Shown here piece by piece: positions 1 to 5,603 of a stretch of 31,994 nucleotides of DNA. How positions within the stretch are numbered: position 1 is the stretch's first letter; each line of letters begins with the position of its first letter. The position numbers were made by a program, and so were the translations under genes. A model generated the notes under the pieces. The model was not told the origin of the DNA, did not search any database, and was given only the letters and a program-made list of their open reading frames with translations. Origin of the DNA: Alphaproteobacteria bacterium (GTDB taxonomy: Bacteria > Pseudomonadota > Alphaproteobacteria > CAAHEQ01 > UBA3637); assembly GCA_017540065.1 (NCBI GenBank), contig JAFYBU010000081.1:1-31994 (forward strand), in the 5' to 3' direction.

Positions 1-942
1 ATTATCCAAACATTCTTCACATATGCGCTTATCGCTACACCAAGGTTTACCTAATTTATCTTTTTCATCTTCACACCCTCTGGAATATCCGCCGGGTTGG
101 ATATCATGTGGAATACAATCAACACACTTATGGGTTTCCAAATCACACGCCTTTCCCGGACAATGGGCATCCTCTAAACATTCCACACAAGTATTTGTAT
201 GTTTTTCAGGATCCCCTGCATCACAATAAGTTTTGTCCGGACATTTACAAACACCACATTCATTTAATTCGGATTCTTTACAACAATTGTGGTGTTTATC
301 TTCGGTTGTTCCTTCGGGACAGAACCAACATTTCCCATCATAGTGATAGCTGGCCGTTGACTTAGGACAATTTCCGCCCCAAATTAAAGCCATAAAATGG
401 GTCCCCGTACGTTGCTCATTGCAAACTTCATCTATAATTTGCTCTTTTGTCTTCCCGGCCATTTTAGATAACCTTTTTTGTTCATTTCCGTCCAGTTTTT
501 TACCATTCAAATATTCTGACCCGATGGCAATCTGTTTACCTGCACCTACATCATACAAAAGGGAATCAAAAGCCCCACTGGCCAAAATTTCACGACAGGA
601 ATTATCTGTTATATTATTCACTTCGACTTGATAAGAATCCGTATAATTAGCAGAAACACTAACCCGGCCGTGATTCGCTGTTATCATTGTGACGGCATCT
701 TCACGTTCTGCTTCAGGATAGACGTTCTTCAAAAGTACCTTTTTATCATGACGAGGTTTAACACGGTTCAAACCATAACGTATACCAACTTCTGCCACCT
801 GCTTTACTGTTTGTTTATCTTGGTGTTTTCTGAGAATAAAACTGTACCCCAGTAATCCCGCAATTGTCAAAATAGCAATGATGACCAAAACAGCCAAAGT
901 TTCAAGCAATGAACGCCCAGTTTGTTGTGATTTTTCGCGCAT
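1..942 (-). CDS. Type IV pilin-like N-terminus fused to a Cys-rich repeat region (truncated by the window edge; not in the ORF track)
   Basis: Hand translation from ATG 942 (RBS GGAGG at 949-953) is open for 314 codons down to base 1. It starts MREKSQQTG|RSLLETLAVLVIIAILTIAGLLGY, followed by about 20 Cys in the last ~130 residues (e.g. TCVECLEDAHC, KCVDCI, ICEECLDN). Confidence 0.9.
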   Translation of the reverse strand, partial: MREKSQQTGRSLLETLAVLVIIAILTIAGLLGYSFILRKHQDKQTVKQVAEVGIRYGLNRVKPRHDKKVLLKNVYPEAEREDAVTMITANHGRVSVSANYTDSYQVEVNNITDNSCREILASGAFDSLLYDVGAGKQIAIGSEYLNGKKLDGNEQKRLSKMAGKTKEQIIDEVCNEQRTGTHFMALIWGGNCPKSTASYHYDGKCWFCPEGTTEDKHHNCCKESELNECGVCKCPDKTYCDAGDPEKHTNTCVECLEDAHCPGKACDLETHKCVDCIPHDIQPGGYSRGCEDEKDKLGKPWCSDKRICEECLDN

Positions 943-976
943 AGAAAACCTCCTGAATATACGTATACTCAAGCAA

Positions 977-1005
977 CGTATAACACATTTTTTTAGCCTT
1001 GACAA
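977..1005 (-). promoter_or_regulatory. Sigma70-type promoter for the Cys-rich pilin-like gene
   Basis: TTGTCA (1005-1000), 17 nt spacer, TATACG (982-977) with an extended TGn. Confidence 0.55.
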
Positions 1006-1029
1006 GAAATTTTTTGGGAAAAACATAAA

Positions 1030-1329
1030 AAATGAGGCCGTTCTGTTGCTAGGCCGACCCCTGCCCCACTAAAGCGTACAAATAGCTTTAGAATCAGTCG
1101 TTGCATCAGACGCTGTTAAGCGGCCATTGCAACAGGTGCAAAATTATCGTTTGCATCTATTTTTTTCAGCGCGATAACGGTGCTACCATACCGGATACCA
1201 AGCGAAATCTTTACTATGCGTGTCAACGCTATTTCGCCCCCGTTGGTGGAGGCGTCGGGTACCGCCCCCGAGTCCACTACATCTATTCCATTTGCCGTCT
1301 AGTATCATAGTCCTTGATAAATCAAGAAC
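1030..1329 (-). ncRNA. ssrA: Circularly permuted (two-piece) tmRNA
   Basis: Minus strand: the acceptor piece ends ...GACTCGGGGGCGGTACCCGACGCCTCCACCA (CCA at 1246-1244), then the coding piece starts GGGGGCGAAATAG (1241). The acceptor stem GGGGGCG/CGCCTCC has the G3.U70 Ala determinant. The tag ORF 1154-1116 reads ANDNFAPVAMAA*. Outer ends are approximate. Confidence 0.95.
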
Positions 1330-1335
1330 AATATA

Positions 1336-1363
1336 ATTATAGCATATTTTAAAGAAATGTCAA
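1336..1363 (-). promoter_or_regulatory. Consensus sigma70 promoter of ssrA
   Basis: TTGACA (1363-1358), 16 nt spacer, TATAAT (1341-1336) with an extended TGn. Confidence 0.8.
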
Positions 1364-1417
1364 CGAAAAGAGGGATTCTGCATCAAACCAAAAATGACGT
1401 CTGTCATTTAACCAAGC

Positions 1418-1864
1418 TTAACAGGGATCATAAATACGATCCTCATCAGCAACGTCATCACAACAACGCCCATTTTCGCGTTGCACGCGAGGATTATAGA
1501 TGCCGCCCGTTCCGGTTTTTTCCCATTGACACTGCGGGAAACTGGTTCCGACCAATCCTTTTATTTCCGCACAATCTTGTGTAAATTTGATTTTAACAAT
1601 ACCGTTTGTTTTGGCGGTAATCGTATCAATACAATCAGACAATTCCCCATCAATCATAGAGTTAATCTTATCTTTTGTAAGAGTCATTCCATGTGTCATC
1701 GCATACGTGGATGCCAAAGAAATTGTTTCGGTTATATCATTTGCTTTCATTTTTTGCATAGCTTTACGAAAACCTGACAAACCGCCTATGGTAATAATAG
1801 CGGCAATGGCCAGCACAGCCAACATTTCAATCATTGAACGCCCCAAATCATTATTTTTTTGCAT
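1418..1864 (-). CDS. Type IV pilin-like protein (148 aa, 6 Cys)
   Basis: MQKNNDLG|RSMIEMLAVLAIAAIITIGGLSGF: Gly -1, Glu +5, hydrophobic helix. GGAGG RBS. Confidence 0.9.
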   Translation of the reverse strand: MQKNNDLGRSMIEMLAVLAIAAIITIGGLSGFRKAMQKMKANDITETISLASTYAMTHGMTLTKDKINSMIDGELSDCIDTITAKTNGIVKIKFTQDCAEIKGLVGTSFPQCQWEKTGTGGIYNPRVQRENGRCCDDVADEDRIYDPC

Positions 1865-1884
1865 TTTCTGCCTCCTTGTGTTTT

Positions 1885-1913
1885 CAATATATCCCCTTTA
1901 TATAATATAGTCA
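1885..1913 (-). promoter_or_regulatory. Sigma70-type promoter for the 1864 pilin
   Basis: TTGACT, 17 nt spacer, TATATT on the minus strand. Confidence 0.55.
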
Positions 1914-1965
1914 AGAGATTTCTTTTATTATCCAAGGCATCATTCAGATAAAAAACACAAAATTA

Positions 1966-1981
1966 TTAACAAAAGGTTAAC
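1966..1981. promoter_or_regulatory. CtrA-type binding site
   Basis: TTAA-CAAAAGG-TTAAC matches the alphaproteobacterial CtrA consensus TTAA-N7-TTAAC. It lies between divergent pilin genes. AT-rich DNA makes chance matches possible. Confidence 0.5.
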
Positions 1982-2141
1982 AAATTAAAAAAAGTTGAAA
2001 ATAGGGCTTGATTTTTCACTGAAAAAGGTCAAGAGTGGACTTCGTAAGATCTCCCCAAGGGGGAAGCATAAAGCGATTTATGTACCCATAAGGGAGGTAA
2101 AAGTTAACTTTTACAAAAGTAAAAAGAAAGGAAAATTTAAA

Positions 2142-2543
2142 ATGAAAACAAATGAAACAGGCCGTTCAATGGTTGAAATGCTGGGCGTTTTGGCCATTAT
2201 CGGTGTTTTGTCTGTGGCCGGTATCGCCGGATACACACAGGCAATGAAGAAAAACAAAATCAATAATGCTGTTGCAGAAATTTCTATGGCAGTTATTTTA
2301 GCAAAGACAGGTAATGGTGGTGAAGGGCTTACCTCTGGTGGCACTGCCAATCTTTCCGATTTAGGCTTTAACGGTAAAGTCCTCACAGCAGCAACCATTG
2401 CAAATGAAAATGGTGAGAAAGATTATAAAGTTTCCGGCATCACTGTGAAAGAATTGGATTGTACAGACTTGACAAGTGTAGCTCCAAGTGTAGCACGTTC
2501 ACCTGCAGCCACGAAAGCCGGTTACTACATCGACTGCGAATAA
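2142..2543 (+). CDS. Type IV pilin-like protein, candidate major pilin (133 aa)
   Basis: Start reassigned from 1995 to ATG 2142 (AAAGGA RBS). MKTNETG|RSMVEMLGVLAIIGVLSVAGIAGY. Two C-terminal Cys (DCT...DCE), as in a pilin D-region. Confidence 0.9.
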   Translation: MKTNETGRSMVEMLGVLAIIGVLSVAGIAGYTQAMKKNKINNAVAEISMAVILAKTGNGGEGLTSGGTANLSDLGFNGKVLTAATIANENGEKDYKVSGITVKELDCTDLTSVAPSVARSPAATKAGYYIDCE

Positions 2544-2670
2544 GAAAGGAGAATGAAAATGAAAAATAATGAAACAGGTCGTTCAATGGTTGAAATGCTG
2601 GGCGTTTTGGCCATCATCGGTGTTTTGTCCGTGGCCGGTATCGCCGGATATTCCATGGCAATGAAGAAAA
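2151..2670 (+). repeat. Two near-identical 103-nt pilin 5' segments (2151-2253 and 2568-2670)
   Basis: Manual alignment gives 8 mismatches in 103 nt. The first 84 nt differ only at 4 synonymous third positions. The sequences diverge downstream. Confidence 0.85.
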
Positions 2671-2987
2671 TTAAAGTGAATGATATTTTGTCAATTGCTT
2701 CACAATGTTCCATCTTGGCCCGCACCTATCAAGGTATCGGAGCAACCACAGCAACTTCATGTACTGCTTTGGGTATTGATCCAGACGAAATTCCATCAGG
2801 GATTTCTTCAGCCTCCTTTACAGGAAAATTTGAAGAGGCAGTAGCTGGACAAAACGGACATCCTGCTAGAGTAGTAGTGAATTTGACTGCAGAAGATAAT
2901 AATCAATGCAGCCAATTGAAACAAATGGTTGCAAATACTAGTACTTGCAATGGTAGTGCTGCCACACTTTACTTCCTTATGGATTAA
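2559..2987 (+). CDS. Type IV pilin-like protein (4 Cys)
   Basis: MKNNETG|RSMVEMLGVLAIIGVLSVAGIAGY. ATG 2559 has better spacing to AAAGGAG (2545-2551) than ATG 2553. Confidence 0.9.
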   Translation: MKNNETGRSMVEMLGVLAIIGVLSVAGIAGYSMAMKKIKVNDILSIASQCSILARTYQGIGATTATSCTALGIDPDEIPSGISSASFTGKFEEAVAGQNGHPARVVVNLTAEDNNQCSQLKQMVANTSTCNGSAATLYFLMD

Positions 2988-3001
2988 TTTCAATCCGTAT
3001 C

Positions 3002-3036
3002 AAAAAAAGCATCCCGTTTTTGCGGGGTGTTTTTTT
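3002..3036. terminator. Intrinsic terminator after the pilin pair
   Basis: A7, stem GCATCCCG/CGGGGTGT, then a T-run. Confidence 0.8.
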
Positions 3037-3050
3037 ATGAAAAATCCCCC

Positions 3051-3079
3051 TTGCATCAAATAAAAAAATATGCTATACA
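3051..3079 (+). promoter_or_regulatory. Sigma70-type promoter for the 3104 pilin
   Basis: TTGCAT, 17 nt spacer, TATACA with an extended TGn. Confidence 0.6.
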
Positions 3080-3103
3080 AATTTCATTAAAGGAGGAATT
3101 TTC

Positions 3104-3523
3104 ATGTTTCAAAAATCGCAACAATCCGGTCGTTCAATGATTGAAATGTTAGGCGTTTTAGCCATTATTGGCATTTTGTCCGTGGCCGGCATTGCCGGAT
3201 ATACTCAGGCAATAAAGAAAAATACAGTAAACGATATTCTTTCAGCGGCAACCACGTGCGCTATTTTAACCAGAAGTTACAAGGGTGGCGACATCGATGT
3301 GGGGAAAAATTGCACAGATATCGGTTTAGAACCCGAAGCTATCCCCAGCGGTGTTTCCATCACGGGAAAATATGATGAAAGTCAAAATATAGTAACCGTC
3401 ACCGTAACCGCACAAAACGAAGAACAATGTTTGGCTGTGGCTGCCGGCGCAAAAGGACGCAGAGATAATTGCGCTACCATCGGGGGATATAAAACAGATA
3501 TCATCACCAATTTTAATGATTAA
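3104..3523 (+). CDS. Type IV pilin-like protein (139 aa, 4 Cys), paralog of the 2559 gene
   Basis: MFQKSQQSG|RSMIEMLGVLAIIGILSVAGIAGY. AAGGAGG RBS. Shares VNDILS, C-x-IL-x-R-x-Y, C...G..P..IPSG and a later QC with the 2559 product. Confidence 0.9.
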   Translation: MFQKSQQSGRSMIEMLGVLAIIGILSVAGIAGYTQAIKKNTVNDILSAATTCAILTRSYKGGDIDVGKNCTDIGLEPEAIPSGVSITGKYDESQNIVTVTVTAQNEEQCLAVAAGAKGRRDNCATIGGYKTDIITNFND

Positions 3524-3540
3524 AATATTTTCAGCCCAAT

Positions 3541-3569
3541 AAAAAACCCGCCATAAGGCGGGATTTTTT
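3541..3569. terminator. Bidirectional terminator between the pilin and efp
   Basis: A6-CCCGCC-ATAA-GGCGGG-A-T6. Confidence 0.85.
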
Positions 3570-3582
3570 AATCATTACCTGT

Positions 3583-4146
3583 TTATTTTGCGCGTTCCAC
3601 GTAAGAGTTGTCAATGGTGGAAACAACAATCTTTTCACCCGCATTCACAAACGGAGGAACCGTGGTACGAATCCCGTTTTCCAAAACGGCAGGTTTATAC
3701 GAAGATGTTACAGTTTGATTCTTTAAGGCCGGTTCTGTTTCCGTAATTGTTAAAACAACATGCGGCGGTAAATTCACGGAAATGGGTTTCCCTTCAATAA
3801 AATTCACTGTAACAGGCATATTATCTTGCAAATAAAGAGCTTTATCACCCATTGTTTCTGCCATAATTTCAAATTGATCATAGGTTTCGGAATTCATAAA
3901 GCACAATTTTTCACCTTCACGATACAAATAGGTGCAATCAAATTCTTCACTCATCAACTTTTCAACCGTATCAGCCGTGCGCCAACGTTGTTCTGTCTTT
4001 AACCCGGAATCTACACCACGCATTTCCACTTGGATAAAAGCGCCACCCTTACCCGGGGTAATGATGTTAATTTTGGTAACCAAGTATTGTTTACCGTTGT
4101 GTTCAATAACCCAGCCGGGTCTGATTTGGTTTGCTTGTTGTTTCAT
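3583..4146 (-). CDS. efp: Elongation factor P
   Basis: N-terminal KOW-like IRPGWVI, PGKGGAF loop with the modifiable Lys, and YKPAVLENG...VPPFV..GE.I motif. Confidence 0.97.
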   Translation of the reverse strand: MKQQANQIRPGWVIEHNGKQYLVTKINIITPGKGGAFIQVEMRGVDSGLKTEQRWRTADTVEKLMSEEFDCTYLYREGEKLCFMNSETYDQFEIMAETMGDKALYLQDNMPVTVNFIEGKPISVNLPPHVVLTITETEPALKNQTVTSSYKPAVLENGIRTTVPPFVNAGEKIVVSTIDNSYVERAK

Positions 4147-4214
4147 GTTAAATCCTTTCTTGCAAAAAATGATGAAAAGGATTATACTCTAATCAGAAAG
4201 GAAAGTCAAGAAAG

Positions 4215-5192
4215 ATGTGGTGGAATCCCGAAATTTACATGAAAAATGCACCGTTGCGCCAGGCACGCGGAAAGGTCATCCAAACAATACGAAAATATTT
4301 TAATCAACAAGGATTGATTGAAGTGGATACCCCCGCACTGCAACCTGCACCCAGTGATGAAGTTCATTTGAAATGTTTTCAAACCGGCGATTTTTATTTA
4401 CATACAAGTCCGGAATTGGCCATGAAAAAATTATTGGTGGCCGGAGAAAAGGCTATCTTTCAAATTTGTCACACTTATCGGGACGAACCCGTTTCCGATA
4501 CACATTCCCCTGAATTTACAATGTTGGAATGGTATCGCACGGGAACTGATTATTCAGCCATGATGAAAGATACTGTTAATGTAGTCAGAGCGTGTGCTAA
4601 AGCGTGTAACGTCAAAGAATTACGCCATAATGAACGGACATGCAATCCTTTTATAAAATGGCAAAAACTGACGGTCGAACAAGCTTTCAAAAAGTACGCT
4701 GATGTTAATTTGTGGGCCAAGGATTTACGGGCTGAAGCCGAACGCGTCGGTATCGAATGTTCCGATAATGATACTTGGGAAGACATTTTCTTTCGGATAA
4801 TGTTAAATAAAGTGGAATATAAATTAGGAGATAACGCGCCCACCATTTTGTGTGAATACCCCACTCAATTAGGGGCTTTGGCACGAACAAAACCGGGAAA
4901 TCCGCACGTTTGTGAACGCTTTGAAGTATATGCATGCGGTGTGGAATTGTGTAATGCTTTTTCTGAATTAACTGACGCAAAAGAACAACGGGAACGTTTC
5001 CAGGCCAATTACGCTGAACGTAAACGTTTGTACGGTTGGGATGATCCGATGGATGAGGATTTTTTGAACGCTTTGGAATATGGAATGCCGGAAGCATCGG
5101 GAAATGCTTTGGGCGTAGATCGATTGATTATGCTGATTACCGGCGCCGAAAAATTAGCCGATACGCAATGGGTTCCTTGCAATTTTCGTTAA
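4215..5192 (+). CDS. epmA: EF-P lysine (R)-beta-lysyl ligase (LysRS-like, lacking the anticodon domain)
   Basis: LHTSPELAMKKLL, YRDE...HSPEFTMLEWY, ERFEVY..GVEL.NAFSEL and GNALGVDRL motifs. Divergent from efp. Confidence 0.93.
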   Translation: MWWNPEIYMKNAPLRQARGKVIQTIRKYFNQQGLIEVDTPALQPAPSDEVHLKCFQTGDFYLHTSPELAMKKLLVAGEKAIFQICHTYRDEPVSDTHSPEFTMLEWYRTGTDYSAMMKDTVNVVRACAKACNVKELRHNERTCNPFIKWQKLTVEQAFKKYADVNLWAKDLRAEAERVGIECSDNDTWEDIFFRIMLNKVEYKLGDNAPTILCEYPTQLGALARTKPGNPHVCERFEVYACGVELCNAFSELTDAKEQRERFQANYAERKRLYGWDDPMDEDFLNALEYGMPEASGNALGVDRLIMLITGAEKLADTQWVPCNFR

Positions 5193-5205
5193 AATATGAT
5201 ACAAT
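5177..5205 (+). promoter_or_regulatory. Sigma70-type promoter for two small ORFs
   Basis: TTGCAA (5177-5182), 17 nt spacer, TACAAT (5200-5205) with an extended TGn. Confidence 0.6.
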
Positions 5206-5229
5206 TCCTACCCGAAAGAAAGGATTAAT

Positions 5230-5406
5230 ATGTCAAAAATTCAATTAAAATGGATCGATACCGATTACTGTTTTCTTCAAAAAGAAGTCCCTCAAAACAA
5301 GAAAAGCTGGGAACGTCAGGAAAATAAAAGAATAAATCTTCAGATAAAACAAATCAATCGTAAACAAAAACACATCCAGTTCACCCAATTCGGCAGAACA
5401 CGATAA
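5230..5406 (+). CDS. Small basic hypothetical protein (58 aa; below the ORF-track cutoff)
   Basis: Hand translation MSKIQLKWIDTDYCFLQKEVPQNKKSWERQENKRINLQIKQINRKQKHIQFTQFGRTR. AAGGA RBS and an upstream promoter. Confidence 0.55.
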   Translation: MSKIQLKWIDTDYCFLQKEVPQNKKSWERQENKRINLQIKQINRKQKHIQFTQFGRTR

Positions 5407-5417
5407 AGGAGGGCAAA

Positions 5418-5603
5418 ATGAGAAAAGGATTATTTACAAGCCAGGAAGAAATTATTTTCCAGCGCGTTTATGTGGAAGGAAACATCCCCAAAAAACAATC
5501 TTCGGATCCGAACGCGAGAAGAAATCCCGCCAAAACACAATTTTTATGTTCGAAAAAATCCAACAAAAGAAGCCCTGTTTACGTAGGCAGAGTTAGATAT
5601 TAA
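5418..5603 (+). CDS. Small basic hypothetical protein (61 aa)
   Basis: AAGGAGG RBS directly after the stop of the 5230 ORF. 4-nt convergent overlap with the glycosyltransferase. Confidence 0.55.
   Translation: MRKGLFTSQEEIIFQRVYVEGNIPKKQSSDPNARRNPAKTQFLCSKKSNKRSPVYVGRVRY

Noticed and set aside
23-1072. Short plus-strand ORFs (23, 108, 419, 628, 878)
   Set aside because: They are antisense shadows of the real minus-strand pilin/Cys-rich gene. They have no RBS or recognisable motifs.
1101-1310. 69 aa plus-strand ORF
   Set aside because: It is antisense to the tmRNA.
2034-2100. Known riboswitch (c-di-GMP-I/II, c-di-AMP) in the pilin leader
   Set aside because: The hallmark conserved motifs were not recognised, so it is reported only as an unknown structured leader.
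1995-2141. N-terminal extension of the 182 aa pilin ORF
   Set aside because: A TTG start without an RBS. Paralogs show a short leader, and ATG 2142 has an SD.
1-3523. Shufflon, invertible switch or diversity-generating retroelement acting on the pilins
   Set aside because: No recombinase, reverse transcriptase, inverted crossover repeats, or template/variable repeat pair with adenine-specific mismatches was seen. The duplicated segment is the constant 5' part.
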